A stretch of DNA of 64,000 nt from Escherichia coli (lineage in GTDB: Bacteria; Pseudomonadota; Gammaproteobacteria; Enterobacterales; Enterobacteriaceae). The notes beneath the pieces were generated by a model, which was not told where the DNA came from, ran no database searches, and worked only from the letters and a program-made list of their open reading frames with translations. How positions within the stretch are numbered: position 1 is the first letter of the stretch; each line of letters opens with the position of its first letter. The DNA lies in the NCBI RefSeq assembly GCF_011045215.1, contig NZ_CP049201.1; one strand, written 5' to 3'. Shown here in pieces: positions 50,347-60,640 of the stretch. Position numbers and translations under genes: made by a program.

Positions 50347-51153
50347 TTACCCCCTGAAGCCTGGCGGGATCGCACTGTCCGGCAACGAGACGGTGTTAAC
50401 CTGTCGAGGCAGCATCTCCGGTCGAACGCCTTTCGGTGCGAACAAACCCTGGTATTCATTGGCGATGCTGTGTCGAATCACCTGCTCAGGGGTAAAACCC
50501 TGCTGGCGGAATTTTTCCAGTTCCCGTATCGCCCCGTTAGCGCCCTGCTCTGTTCGAATCGGTTTTCGCAATGCCTGGCGAAATTCAACCCACTCACGCC
50601 AAAGCGAGACAGAAATCCAGTTCGGCAAAGCAATATCCAGAGGGTCAAACTTTTTGACACCTCGATTCCCCCGGGGGGGATTTAGGGGGGGATCTGTTTT
50701 TAGATCTTTATCTGTATCTTTATTAGTTGCCTTTGTGTTGGCATCATGTTCAAACACTGCTCCAACTTCTGTTTGAACACCTGTTAAATTTCTCTCTTGT
50801 TTTGTTTGAACATCTGCTTCCTTTCTGCTTCTTCTGGCCTGAACAGATGCTTTTCCGGCGGCTGATTTTTTGGTTAATTTTTCCCTGACTGAAGCCAGAT
50901 CTTCCTCAATCCGAAGATGCACCCATTCGTCGCCGTTATCGCAAAAAAACTCCCGCAAGGATGGTTCAACATCAGCCCATCGCTCGTTAGTCAGACGAGC
51001 AATTTTTGCCAGCCTGTTTTTGGGTATTGGCTTTCCTGTTTGCCAGTAATTGAACATCAGCAACAAATACGCACCGTGCTCCTCTGCTGACAAATGCATG
51101 GTGTCAGCCAAGTAATCAGCTATGTACAGTTGCATATATGGTAATGCGGCCAT
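50347..51153 (-). CDS. Replication initiation protein (DUF1376 / Rac YdaU-like)
   Basis: Track ORF starts at TTG 51207; ATG at 51153 with GAGG upstream (MAALPYMQLYIADYL...). Confidence 0.6.
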   Translation of the reverse strand: MAALPYMQLYIADYLADTMHLSAEEHGAYLLLMFNYWQTGKPIPKNRLAKIARLTNERWADVEPSLREFFCDNGDEWVHLRIEEDLASVREKLTKKSAAGKASVQARRSRKEADVQTKQERNLTGVQTEVGAVFEHDANTKATNKDTDKDLKTDPPLNPPRGNRGVKKFDPLDIALPNWISVSLWREWVEFRQALRKPIRTEQGANGAIRELEKFRQQGFTPEQVIRHSIANEYQGLFAPKGVRPEMLPRQVNTVSLPDSAIPPGFRG

Positions 51154-51232
51154 AACTGCCTCATCTGGTGCCGAACCTTCCTCCGGATATAATCTGTGAT
51201 TCCCCAATCAACAGAACCAAAGGAGGTTCGAC

Positions 51233-51484
51233 ATGTCTTTTACATTTGATAAGTCTGCTCCATTCCCCCAAAAATTTTGGGTGGACAGTATTACTGGAAC
51301 CGAGTCAAAAATTTTTAGCACCTCAGGAATGCTCAATCGCGGAGGAGTAAAAATACTTGCCCAGGAATTCCATACACAGGAACTAAATTACGGGGCTTAT
51401 CACAAACTGGAGTTGATAATGGATGCAACCCAAATTGATGAACTGATCGTTGCCCTACAAAAGCTAAAAGAAAAGATGTCATAA
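51233..51484 (+). CDS. Hypothetical protein (83 aa), opposite-strand moron in the replication module
   Basis: ATG preceded by AAGGAGG at 7 nt; stop abuts the stop of a convergent gene. Confidence 0.5.
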   Translation: MSFTFDKSAPFPQKFWVDSITGTESKIFSTSGMLNRGGVKILAQEFHTQELNYGAYHKLELIMDATQIDELIVALQKLKEKMS

Positions 51485-51781
51485 TCACCCCCTAAAAATT
51501 ACGTGGCGCAGCGGTTGAGCTTTGCTGTAGTCGATCTCATCGCCATACTCAATATCAAGAGCTTGTCCCTGCGCCAGTTCCATCCACCGAATGTGATCTG
51601 CGGCTTTTTCTTTATCTTTGATATTGATGAACAACAGCGTTGACGAGGGATACCCGTTAACAAGATGGCGATGCAGAGAGAGTCGTATCGCATACCAGGC
51701 AACATTTCGGGCTATACGCTGAAGCAATGTTTCGGCTTCCAGTGTTTTAAGTCGGTATTTTTTCAGTTCATATTTTTCCAT
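51485..51781 (-). CDS. Hypothetical protein (98 aa), convergent with the 83-aa gene
   Basis: Track ORF starts at GTG 51787; ATG at 51781 with AAGGTG upstream. Confidence 0.45.
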   Translation of the reverse strand: MEKYELKKYRLKTLEAETLLQRIARNVAWYAIRLSLHRHLVNGYPSSTLLFINIKDKEKAADHIRWMELAQGQALDIEYGDEIDYSKAQPLRHVIFRG

Positions 51782-51793
51782 CACCACATCACC

Positions 51794-52216
51794 TTAATGA
51801 ACAACAACAGAATCGCCGGACGAACCGCCGCCGCTGAAATGCGCTTTACGGTAAACGGCCTGGACTGCGTCATCATGCGCATCAATTGCCGTACTCAGTG
51901 CGTCCTGTGCCGCAAGTAATGCCCGTCGTTCCAGGGTATCGAAGATGCTGAGTCGGTGGCGCAGCTCGCGCGGAAGGATTGCCAGAATTGCTGGGATCAG
52001 CTTCTGAATTTTTTCTCTTTGCGTTTTCGTTTCACCTTTCAACCAACGGTGATAGATATTCTGCTGATTGTTCCAGTCCTTGCCTGGTACCAGGGGCAAT
52101 TCGCCGCCCCCCTGGCGCAGATATTCTTCAGTAATTGCATTGGCTACCCATGCCTGCCCTTTTTCGGCTGCCAGGGCTAACAGCACTGATTCGATGTGCT
52201 CATGCCTGATTTTCAT
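51794..52216 (-). CDS. Rac YdaT-like protein (140 aa)
   Basis: 140-aa ORF directly downstream of the Cro-like ydaS homologue, same size and position as Rac ydaT. Confidence 0.5.
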   Translation of the reverse strand: MKIRHEHIESVLLALAAEKGQAWVANAITEEYLRQGGGELPLVPGKDWNNQQNIYHRWLKGETKTQREKIQKLIPAILAILPRELRHRLSIFDTLERRALLAAQDALSTAIDAHDDAVQAVYRKAHFSGGGSSGDSVVVH

Positions 52217-52475
52217 GAATCAACTCCTGTGCATTTTGTGTGTTAGTCTTACATCCAACAGGTAAACCATCGGTCGGATTCGGGTAGATATCAGGCCGAA
52301 GTTCATGAGGTGTAACCTCGAAATTCGTAGCCTCAGCGATACGCAATACCTTTTCGGGGCTTAACTGACTACGGCCAGTAGCTACGAGGCTAATCATTGA
52401 TTGCGAACAACCAGCGAGCGCGGCCAAACAAGACTGTCGTACACGATTTTTTTTCAAATATTCATCTAATGTCAT
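52200..52475 (-). CDS. Cro-like HTH regulator (Rac YdaS-like)
   Basis: Track ORF starts at TTG 52502; ATG at 52475 with AAGGTG upstream; HTH SCLAALAGCSQSMISLVATG; divergent from repressor. Confidence 0.6.
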   Translation of the reverse strand: MTLDEYLKKNRVRQSCLAALAGCSQSMISLVATGRSQLSPEKVLRIAEATNFEVTPHELRPDIYPNPTDGLPVGCKTNTQNAQELIHENQA

Positions 52476-52579
52476 AAGGGTCACCTTAGTAATGCCTGTC
52501 AAAATATTAACTATATTAATTTATATGATCAATACCCATATCAGTTTGAGATTATGAGTTGTGTTCATAAAATGGTGGT
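52476..52579. promoter_or_regulatory. Divergent promoter/operator region of the immunity switch
   Basis: AT-rich ~100-bp spacer between divergent repressor and cro-like genes; operator repeats not resolved by eye. Confidence 0.45.
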
Positions 52580-53044
52580 ATGAGAAGAAAACGCGAAGAA
52601 ATCGCATCGCCAGAAGCTACGCAGCGTCTGCGCGCAGTCTGGGATGCAAAAAAAAGAGAGCTCAAACTGACTCAGGAGCTTGCTGCTGAGCTGATGGGCT
52701 TTGAGACTCAATCCACAGTTAGCCACTATCTCAACGGAAAGGCTCCACTAAACACTGATGCAGCATTAAAATTCGCTGTATTACTAAGAGTTAAGCCTGA
52801 AGAGTTGAGGCCTGATTTAGCTGATCTGATGAATTACGTCCGTTCTTCAGGAACTTATGACGAAAGTTTCGAAGGCGAAGGTTGGCGGATGGTTAACAAG
52901 CAACAAGCTGATTTACTGGATCTTTTTGAAATCCTACCCGAATCAGAAAAAGCAAAACTAATCGAAAGGCTTAAAGGTCAGAATGAACTCTACAAAGAAG
53001 CGTTTGAAAAGATGCTGGCAGCTCAGAAACGCATGAAGAAATAG
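52580..53044 (+). CDS. Prophage repressor, RacR-like (XRE-family HTH)
   Basis: 154-aa ORF, N-terminal HTH (LTQELAAELMGFETQSTVSHYLNGK); divergent from cro-like gene. Confidence 0.65.
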   Translation: MRRKREEIASPEATQRLRAVWDAKKRELKLTQELAAELMGFETQSTVSHYLNGKAPLNTDAALKFAVLLRVKPEELRPDLADLMNYVRSSGTYDESFEGEGWRMVNKQQADLLDLFEILPESEKAKLIERLKGQNELYKEAFEKMLAAQKRMKK

Positions 53045-53279
53045 CTCCCGCAACCTCGTAACTAAACCGCCATTTTTGGCGGTTTTTTTGTCCCCTCTGC
53101 CCCCTCACCTTACTTTTTTATCAAAAAAAACACTAAAAATTTCATTACGATAGTGCATTTTTATCAACAAAATGCATATTTATGTTGATCACTCATATGA
53201 ATATAACTAATATTATTGCAGAAGTAGCACGGCGCTGTAGGTTTTAGTTCCGCCACCCGGCGTTAAGGGGAGAGATAAG

Positions 53280-53585
53280 ATGACATTTACTCAGGGTATT
53301 GACCCGCTAGAAACGAATAATGCTGTATTTTGTCTGGCGTATGAATTGTCTGTACAGGCATCAACAATGGCAAAGGAAAGAGAGCTAACTCCAGGGCAGG
53401 CACGTCTCGCACTGGAACTCGCCAGCCGGGTATCAGTAGCAAAAAAAATCGCACCAGCCGTAATGGCACGAAACCTGGCTGATGCAATTACAGATCTCAG
53501 GTCACTACAACCATACAATTATCATGTCGAAGAGGTATTAGAAAAATTAATCGCTGCTGCCGACGCCATCATTGATGAACTGTAA
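53280..53585 (+). CDS. Hypothetical early protein
   Basis: 101-aa ORF with AAGGGGAGAG RBS. Confidence 0.4.
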   Translation: MTFTQGIDPLETNNAVFCLAYELSVQASTMAKERELTPGQARLALELASRVSVAKKIAPAVMARNLADAITDLRSLQPYNYHVEEVLEKLIAAADAIIDEL

Positions 53586-53853
53586 TAATTGATATGCGGG
53601 AATTTCTATTCCTGAGAGATGCATTTTTCACGCCCGGACAACGCCCGGCAATTGCCAGATTCAGTTTTTCACGCTGCTCTGGCGTAAGAAGTTTAACAAG
53701 TTCTTCAAGAACAAGCGCGGTAGCCTCTAATCTGGCGGAAAGATAATCAATATTTTTGTGTTGAGATTGAATAGGCATAAGCAATTCCTTACTGGTTGTG
53801 TGAGAGCGCCAGTATACCACCGAGCCTGAAGTGGTAAAAAAAGACAAGCACAC
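53569..53853 (-). CDS. Hypothetical protein
   Basis: 94-aa track ORF opposite to early-left transcription; weak. Confidence 0.25.
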   Translation of the reverse strand: MCLSFFTTSGSVVYWRSHTTSKELLMPIQSQHKNIDYLSARLEATALVLEELVKLLTPEQREKLNLAIAGRCPGVKNASLRNRNSRISIITVHQ

Positions 53854-54198
53854 AACACGAAAGCGTACGGAGGAGGTGTTTTTCCCTTAGAAGGCTTGTC
53901 GTTAAATTTCTTCGACCGTGCGCTTCCGGTTGTGAATAACAACATTGCTGTGTGTAGTCTTGGCGGCATCAGTTTTTTCTTGAAGTTCGGCTGATGTCCG
54001 CCCTTTTTAAAGTGAATTTTGTGATGCGGTGAATGCGGCTCAGCGCACGCGGAACAGTTAAAAGGCCAGTTGACCTCCGTATTGGTTCTTATGGGTGGGT
54101 TCTCTGTATCCGGCGTTAATTGTTAACTGGTTAACGTCACCTGGAGGCACCAGGCACCGCATCGACAAAATTCATTTGTGAAAATGGAGATAATTATG

Positions 54199-54417
54199 AT
54201 TGCTCATCACTTCGGAACTGATGAAATACCACGTCAGTGTGTGACTCCTGGCGATTATGTTCTTCATGAAGGTCGGACATATATCGCCTCAGCAAACAAT
54301 ATTAAAAAGCGAAAACTTTATATTCGTAGCCTGACTACAAAAACATGCATTTCTGACTGCATGATTAAAGTCTTCCTCGGTCGTGATGGTTTACCTGTAA
54401 AGGCGGAGTCATGGTGA
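54199..54417 (+). CDS. Hypothetical early protein
   Basis: Track ORF starts at GTG 54178; ATG at 54199 with GGAGA upstream. Confidence 0.35.
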   Translation: MAHHFGTDEIPRQCVTPGDYVLHEGRTYIASANNIKKRKLYIRSLTTKTCISDCMIKVFLGRDGLPVKAESW

Positions 54418-54587
54418 TGACTAAGAAAATAAAATGTGCTTACCACCTTTGCAATAAAGGAATTGAAGAAAGCAAAAGCATTAAAAGACCACTTCATTTC
54501 ATGCGTGGAGTTATCCCAACGACGGAAATGAAAAAATATTGTAGTGAAAATTGTGCCGAAAAAGACCAGATGGCACACGAACTCTAA
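54417..54587 (+). CDS. Small Cys4 zinc-ribbon protein (56 aa)
   Basis: Not in track. ATG overlaps upstream stop (TGATGA); encodes [56 protein letters not shown]. Confidence 0.45.
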   Translation: MTKKIKCAYHLCNKGIEESKSIKRPLHFMRGVIPTTEMKKYCSENCAEKDQMAHEL

Positions 54588-54661
54588 TTAACTGACTATT
54601 CGAAACTGAATTTATGCCAGCAATGGCAGGGATTCTTTCAACCTTAAAAAAGGAAACAGCA

Positions 54662-54961
54662 ATGCACAAGCATATTAAATGTGAAATTGAACTTGATGTT
54701 ATTAACGATTCTCTCGCCGAATTTAAATGCGGGAATACATTACATGGTTTTATTCAGATTTCCCAAAAAGAAAACATTACGGTAATTATTGATGGTGGTT
54801 ACGTTCTGGGAACATTTGATTGTGATGCATGTGCCCTTAAAGAAGTCGCATTACTCGCAGCTCGTATTGAAGAGGCTGACAAGAAATACGGTATCAGTTA
54901 TCAACGACTGAAAGAACTCTCTTATATCGCATCATCAGTTCATTTCTTTTATGCAATCTGA
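54662..54961 (+). CDS. Hypothetical early protein
   Basis: Track ORF 54614..54961; internal ATG at 54662 with AAGGAAA upstream. Confidence 0.35.
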   Translation: MHKHIKCEIELDVINDSLAEFKCGNTLHGFIQISQKENITVIIDGGYVLGTFDCDACALKEVALLAARIEEADKKYGISYQRLKELSYIASSVHFFYAI

Positions 54962-54985
54962 ATCTGAGTTGAGGTTAAAAAAATA

Positions 54986-56887
54986 ATGAGCATAAAACAA
55001 CACTTCCTGTTACGGAAAGCGAAAAAATCATCCGGTGAACCTGACGCAGTTCTGTGGGCAAGCGACGATCTCGAATCGACCAGTGCCACTCTGGACTACC
55101 TGATTGTTAAGTCAGGTAAAAAACTGAGCAACTATTTTAAAGCTGTTGCTACGAATTTTCCTGTCGTTAACGACCTGCCCCCAGAAGGGGAGATCGATTT
55201 TACGTGGTGTGAACGCTATCAACTCGGCAAGGACTCCATCACCTGGGAACTAAAACCAGGTGCAGCACCAGACGACGTTCACCATCAGGAGAATATCCCG
55301 GAAACTGAAGAACTGGCTGGAGACCAGGAAGAAAACGCGCAGGCGGACGCTCACGGGGATTGCCAGGATTGCGAAGTTCCTGTAGCCACACTCAGTCTTA
55401 CTCATCGTTTCCTTCATCTCTTCTTTTTCGGTCAGATGGAAGGTGGAAAATACAGTAGTCACGCCACGCCGGAACAGCGCAATACCGTCATCCGGATGGA
55501 GCTGGATACGGAGGACAGCTACCTCCAGAGTCTGCTTACAGCAGTACGCTCTCATCCTGAACTGGATAAGCTGACAAACCACCATCTTGGCAGACTGGCG
55601 GAGTCTGTATCCAGAGTGTTTACCCACACAGAAACCCGTTGCATCAGCCCCGCTGAATTCGACAAATTCATTTCCACCTGGATGAAAACTGATTATCTGG
55701 ATCAGGGATTACTGACAAAAGAATGGGCGAAGGGAAACTGCGTATCTGAAATCAATCGCACCCCGTCGGGCGCTAATGCCGGTGGCGGTATCCTTACCGA
55801 CCGTGGAGAAGGTTTTGTCCATGATGATGCATCAGTAGCGCGTGACGTAGCCGCTGGCGTACTGGCACGTTCAATGGATATCGATATTTACAATCCACAT
55901 CCAGCACACGCTAAACGTATTGGGGAAATTGTCGCTGAAAATAAACCGCCATTTTCTGTTTTTTTCAGCAAATTCATCACCATGCCTGGCCACAAGGATT
56001 TCTCCCGCGCCATCGTGGTTGCGTCCGTGAAAGAAGCGCCAGTCGGTATAGAGGCTACCCCACACCATGTCACTGAATATCTGAACAGGGTGCTGACTGA
56101 AACCGATCATGCCAACCCTGATCCGGAAATCGTGGATATTGCCTGCGGTCGCTCCTCTGCCCCGATGCCACAGCGTGTAACAGAAGAAGAAAAACCGCAA
56201 CCATCTTGCGCAATGGCAGATGAACAGGCAACGGCTGAAACAGTGGAACCGGATACAAGTGAACATCATCAGGACACGCAGCCGCTGGATGCCAAGTCAC
56301 AGGCCGATGCGAAATATCAGAAACTGCGGGAAGAACTCCATGAAGCCCGGAAAAACATTCCGCCCAAAAATCCTGTCGATACAGACAAAATGCTGGCAGT
56401 CCATCGCGGTGAGTTCGTTGAAGGAATTAGCGACCCGAATGATCCGAAATGGGTGAAGGGAATTGAAACCCGCGATTCTGTGAACCAGAACCTGCCAGAA
56501 ACGGAAAAAACCAGTCAGGATGTGAAACAACCTGAGCCAGTAGTGCAACGGGAACCGGAAATAGTCTGCACCGCCTGCGGTCAGAGCGGTGGCGGCAACT
56601 GCCCTGATTGTGGCGCGGTGATGGGCGACGCAACATATCAGGAAACATTCGATGAAGAGAATCAGGCTGAAACTCAGGAAAATGATCCGGAGGAAATGGA
56701 AGGCACTGAACCATCATTAGAAAAACTCGACTGGAAAAGACAAGTGGTGATTGCGGCTGTTTATGGTTTGTGTGCGAATCCTGCAGGTATAGCCTCAGCG
56801 CCATTAATTCCGGGTATTGCAATGATGATTGCCAACAAGCTTGAAAATTTTGGGGTGACGGATGATGAGCACATACCCGATTTTTGA
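54986..56887 (+). CDS. Large hypothetical early-left protein (633 aa), acidic, C-terminal CxxC...CxxC and hydrophobic tail
   Basis: Long ORF between immunity region and gam; motif [16 protein letters not shown] then hydrophobic [30 protein letters not shown]; no family recognised. Confidence 0.6.
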   Translation: MSIKQHFLLRKAKKSSGEPDAVLWASDDLESTSATLDYLIVKSGKKLSNYFKAVATNFPVVNDLPPEGEIDFTWCERYQLGKDSITWELKPGAAPDDVHHQENIPETEELAGDQEENAQADAHGDCQDCEVPVATLSLTHRFLHLFFFGQMEGGKYSSHATPEQRNTVIRMELDTEDSYLQSLLTAVRSHPELDKLTNHHLGRLAESVSRVFTHTETRCISPAEFDKFISTWMKTDYLDQGLLTKEWAKGNCVSEINRTPSGANAGGGILTDRGEGFVHDDASVARDVAAGVLARSMDIDIYNPHPAHAKRIGEIVAENKPPFSVFFSKFITMPGHKDFSRAIVVASVKEAPVGIEATPHHVTEYLNRVLTETDHANPDPEIVDIACGRSSAPMPQRVTEEEKPQPSCAMADEQATAETVEPDTSEHHQDTQPLDAKSQADAKYQKLREELHEARKNIPPKNPVDTDKMLAVHRGEFVEGISDPNDPKWVKGIETRDSVNQNLPETEKTSQDVKQPEPVVQREPEIVCTACGQSGGGNCPDCGAVMGDATYQETFDEENQAETQENDPEEMEGTEPSLEKLDWKRQVVIAAVYGLCANPAGIASAPLIPGIAMMIANKLENFGVTDDEHIPDF

Positions 56888-57161
56888 TCGCATTGAAGAG
56901 CTGGCATGGTCACGCCACTACCAGCAGATCGTTCGCGAAGAAAAAGAAACGGAGCTGGCAGACGACCTGGAAAAAGGTCTACCCCAGCACCTGTTTGAAT
57001 CGCTCTGCATCGACCATTTGCAACGCCACGGTGCCAGCAAACAGGCAATCAGTCGCGCATTTGATGACGATGTTGAATTTCAGGAACGCGTGGCGGAACA
57101 CATCCGGTACATGGTTGAAACCATTGCTCGTCACCAGGTTGATATTGATTTGAAGGTATAA
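56862..57161 (+). CDS. gam: Gam, RecBCD inhibitor (lambda Gam-like)
   Basis: 99 aa; ...[42 protein letters not shown]... closely matches lambda Gam; precedes bet. Confidence 0.85.
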   Translation: MMSTYPIFDRIEELAWSRHYQQIVREEKETELADDLEKGLPQHLFESLCIDHLQRHGASKQAISRAFDDDVEFQERVAEHIRYMVETIARHQVDIDLKV

Positions 57162-57166
57162 AACAA

Positions 57167-57952
57167 ATGAGTACAGCACTTGCAACACTGGCCGGGAAGC
57201 TGGCTGAACGTGTCGGCATGGATTCTGTCGACCCACAGGAACTGATCACCACTCTTCGCCAGACAGCATTTAAAGGCGATGCCAGCGATGCGCAGTTCAT
57301 CGCATTGCTGATCGTCGCCAACCAATACGGCCTTAATCCGTGGACGAAAGAAATTTACGCCTTCCCTGATAAGCAGAACGGCATCGTTCCGGTGGTGGGC
57401 GTTGATGGCTGGTCCCGCATCATCAATGAAAACCAGCAGTTTGATGGCATGGACTTTGAGCAGGACAATGAATCCTGTACATGCCGGATTTACCGCAAGG
57501 ACCGTAATCATCCGATCTGCGTTACCGAATGGATGGATGAATGCCGCCGCGAACCATTCAAAACCCGCGAAGGCAGAGAAATCACCGGACCGTGGCAGTC
57601 GCATCCCAAACGAATGTTGCGGCATAAAGCCATGATTCAGTGTGCCCGTCTGGCCTTCGGATTTGCTGGTATCTATGACAAGGATGAAGCCGAGCGCATT
57701 GTCGAAAATACCGCATACACTGCAGAACGTCAGCCAGAACGCGACATCACTCCGGTTAACGATGAAACCATGCAGGAGATTAACACTCTGCTGATCGCCC
57801 TGGATAAAACATGGGATGACGACTTATTGCCGCTCTGTTCCCAGATATTTCGCCGCGACATTCGCGCATCGTCAGAACTGACACAGGCCGAAGCAGTGAA
57901 AGCTCTTGGATTCCTGAAACAGAAAGCCACTGAGCAGAAGGTGGCAGCATGA
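57167..57952 (+). CDS. bet: Bet (Red-beta) single-strand annealing protein
   Basis: 261 aa, [35 protein letters not shown]..., essentially lambda Bet. Confidence 0.95.
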   Translation: MSTALATLAGKLAERVGMDSVDPQELITTLRQTAFKGDASDAQFIALLIVANQYGLNPWTKEIYAFPDKQNGIVPVVGVDGWSRIINENQQFDGMDFEQDNESCTCRIYRKDRNHPICVTEWMDECRREPFKTREGREITGPWQSHPKRMLRHKAMIQCARLAFGFAGIYDKDEAERIVENTAYTAERQPERDITPVNDETMQEINTLLIALDKTWDDDLLPLCSQIFRRDIRASSELTQAEAVKALGFLKQKATEQKVAA

Positions 57953-58629
57953 CACCGGACATTATCCTGCAGCGTACAGGGATCGACGTGAGAGCTGTCG
58001 AACAGGGGGATGATGCATGGCACAAATTACGGCTCGGCGTCATCACCGCTTCAGAAGTTCACAACGTGATAGCAAAGCCCCGCTCAGGAAAGAAGTGGCC
58101 TGACATGAAAATGTCCTACTTCCACACCCTGCTGGCTGAGGTTTGCACCGGTGTGGCTCCGGAAGTTAATGCTAAGGCGCTGGCCTGGGGAAAACAGTAC
58201 GAGAACGACGCCAGAACCCTGTTTGAATTCACTTCCGGCGTGAATGTTACTGAATCCCCGATCATCTATCGCGACGAAAGTATGCGCACCGCCTGCTCTC
58301 CCGATGGTTTATGCAGTGACGGCAACGGCCTTGAACTGAAATGCCCGTTTACCTCCCGGGATTTCATGAAATTCCGGCTCGGTGGTTTCGAGGCAATAAA
58401 ATCGGCTTACATGGCCCAGGTGCAGTACAGCATGTGGGTGACGCGAAAAGATGCCTGGTACTTTGCCAACTATGACCCGCGTATGAAGCGTGAAGGCCTG
58501 CATTATGTCGTGGTTGAGCGGGATGAAAAGTACATGGCGAGTTTTGACGAGATGGTGCCGGAGTTCATCGAAAAAATGGACGAGGCACTGGCTGAAATTG
58601 GTTTTGTATTTGGGGAGCAATGGAAATGA
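57949..58629 (+). CDS. exo: Exo (Red-alpha) 5'-3' exonuclease
   Basis: 226 aa, [40 protein letters not shown]..., essentially lambda Exo. Confidence 0.95.
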   Translation: MTPDIILQRTGIDVRAVEQGDDAWHKLRLGVITASEVHNVIAKPRSGKKWPDMKMSYFHTLLAEVCTGVAPEVNAKALAWGKQYENDARTLFEFTSGVNVTESPIIYRDESMRTACSPDGLCSDGNGLELKCPFTSRDFMKFRLGGFEAIKSAYMAQVQYSMWVTRKDAWYFANYDPRMKREGLHYVVVERDEKYMASFDEMVPEFIEKMDEALAEIGFVFGEQWK

Positions 58630-58856
58630 GCGCAGCCACAAAGCTCACAGGAGAAAAACCAGTGCGATACACAAAAATTAAACCATGTCCATTTTGTGGT
58701 TGTCCATCAGTAACGGTGAAAGCCATTTCAGGATATTACCGAGCGAAGTGTAACGGATGCGAATCCCGAACCGGTTATGGTGGAAGTGAAAAGGAAGCAC
58801 TCGAAAGATGGAATAAACGAACCACTGGAAATAATAATGGAGGTGTTCATGTATAA
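58620..58856 (+). CDS. Lar-family restriction alleviation protein (RalR-like)
   Basis: 78 aa with zinc-ribbon motif KPCPFCGC...CNGCE typical of Lar. Confidence 0.6.
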   Translation: MEMSAATKLTGEKPVRYTKIKPCPFCGCPSVTVKAISGYYRAKCNGCESRTGYGGSEKEALERWNKRTTGNNNGGVHV

Positions 58857-59037
58857 AATTACCGCCACTATTGAAAAGGAAGGTGGCACTCCTACTAACT
58901 GGACAAGATATTCAAAATCTAAACTAACGAAATCAGAATGCGAAAAAATGCTCTCAGGTAAAAAAGAAGCGGGCGTTTCCAGAGAGCAGAAAGTAAAACT
59001 GATAAATTTTAATTGCGAGAAACTTCAGTCCTGGTGA
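58849..59037 (+). CDS. Hypothetical small protein
   Basis: Track ORF 58777..59037; internal start [10 protein letters not shown]... assumed. Confidence 0.35.
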   Translation: MYKITATIEKEGGTPTNWTRYSKSKLTKSECEKMLSGKKEAGVSREQKVKLINFNCEKLQSW

Positions 59038-59136
59038 ATTGCATTGTATTCAAATTAAAACTTCATAGCTGATTATTAATAATCAACATCGGGCGTCAAT
59101 TTCAGTCTAACATTGGCGCCTGCCAGAGGTGATGCG

Positions 59137-59352
59137 ATGGCACAAGTAATCTTTAATGAAGAGTGGATGGTTGAATACGGCCTGATGCTTCGCACTGGTC
59201 TGGGGGCCAGACAAATTGAAGCATACCGCCAGAACTGTTGGGTGGAAGGCTTCCACTTCAAACGAGTATCTCCTTTAGGGAAGCCAGACAGTAAGCGAGG
59301 GATTATCTGGTACAACTATCCAAAGATAAATCAGTTTATCAAAGACTCATGA
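59137..59352 (+). CDS. Excisionase (Xis, Rac XisR-like)
   Basis: Track ORF starts at TTG 59113; ATG at 59137 with GAGGTGA upstream; [22 protein letters not shown]...; immediately upstream of int. Confidence 0.6.
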   Translation: MAQVIFNEEWMVEYGLMLRTGLGARQIEAYRQNCWVEGFHFKRVSPLGKPDSKRGIIWYNYPKINQFIKDS

Positions 59353-59353
59353 T

Positions 59354-60589
59354 ATGTCTAAATTACCAACAGGTGTCGAGATTCGAGGTAAATACATTCG
59401 CATCTGGTTCATGTTTCGAGGAAAACGATGCCGGGAAACATTGAAAGGCTGGGAGGTTACTAACAGTAACATTAAAAAAGCCGGGAATTTAAGAGCGTTG
59501 ATAGTTCATGAAATCAATTCCGGTGAATTTGAGTATTTAAGACGTTTCCCCCAGTCCGGCACTGGGGCAAAAATGGTGACAACTAGGGTCATAAAAACGT
59601 TCGGGGAGCTTTGTGATATCTGGACAAAAATTAAAGAGACAGAGTTAACAACAAACACAATGAAGAAAACGAAATCACAATTAAAAACACTCAAGATAAT
59701 AATTTGTGAGAGTACCCCGATATCGCATATTCGTTATAGCGATATCTTAAACTACCGGAATGAACTGCTGCATGGAGAAACGCTTTACCTGGATAATCCA
59801 AGATCCAACAAAAAAGGAAGAACCGTGCGCACAGTTGATAACTATATCGCCCTACTCTGTTCGCTGTTACGTTTTGCGTATCAGTCGGGATTTATATCAA
59901 CCAAACCATTTGAAGGAGTAAAAAAATTACAGCGAAACAGAATAAAGCCTGACCCGTTATCTAAAACAGAATTCAATGCATTAATGGAAAGTGAAAAAGG
60001 ACAGAGCCAGAACTTATGGAAATTTGCCGTTTACTCAGGACTTCGTCACGGGGAACTGGCAGCTCTGGCGTGGGAGGATGTGGATCTCGAGAAGGGAATT
60101 GTGAATGTCAGAAGAAACCTGACGATACTTGATATGTTCGGTCCCCCAAAAACAAATGCCGGGATCCGGACAGTAACACTACTGCAGCCTGCTCTTGAAG
60201 CACTGAAGGAGCAATACAAACTGACCGGACATCATCGCAAAAGCGAAATCACCTTTTATCATAGGGAGTACGGCAGAACCGAAAAGCAAAAACTGCATTT
60301 TGTTTTCATGCCCAGGATGTGTAACGGAAAACAGAAACCTTATTACTCGGTAAGCAGTTTGGGTGCGAGATGGAATGCAGCAGTAAAACGTGCTGGTATT
60401 CGCCGCCGTAATCCGTACCATACGCGGCATACTTTTGCCTGCTGGCTGTTGACGGCAGGAGCGAACCCGGCGTTTATAGCCAGCCAGATGGGGCATGAAA
60501 CTGCGCAGATGGTGTATGAAATTTACGGTATGTGGATTGATGACATGAACGACGAACAGGTAGCCATGTTGAATGCGCGGTTATCGTAA
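59354..60589 (+). CDS. Site-specific tyrosine integrase
   Basis: 411 aa; C-terminal catalytic region HTRHTFACWLLTAGANPAFIASQMGHETAQMVYEIYG (R...HxxR...Y); next to attR. Confidence 0.9.
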   Translation: MSKLPTGVEIRGKYIRIWFMFRGKRCRETLKGWEVTNSNIKKAGNLRALIVHEINSGEFEYLRRFPQSGTGAKMVTTRVIKTFGELCDIWTKIKETELTTNTMKKTKSQLKTLKIIICESTPISHIRYSDILNYRNELLHGETLYLDNPRSNKKGRTVRTVDNYIALLCSLLRFAYQSGFISTKPFEGVKKLQRNRIKPDPLSKTEFNALMESEKGQSQNLWKFAVYSGLRHGELAALAWEDVDLEKGIVNVRRNLTILDMFGPPKTNAGIRTVTLLQPALEALKEQYKLTGHHRKSEITFYHREYGRTEKQKLHFVFMPRMCNGKQKPYYSVSSLGARWNAAVKRAGIRRRNPYHTRHTFACWLLTAGANPAFIASQMGHETAQMVYEIYGMWIDDMNDEQVAMLNARLS

Positions 60590-60640
60590 TTGCAAAGTTT
60601 GCCCCCAATTTGCCCCATTTAGTACCAGAGAACTGAAATA

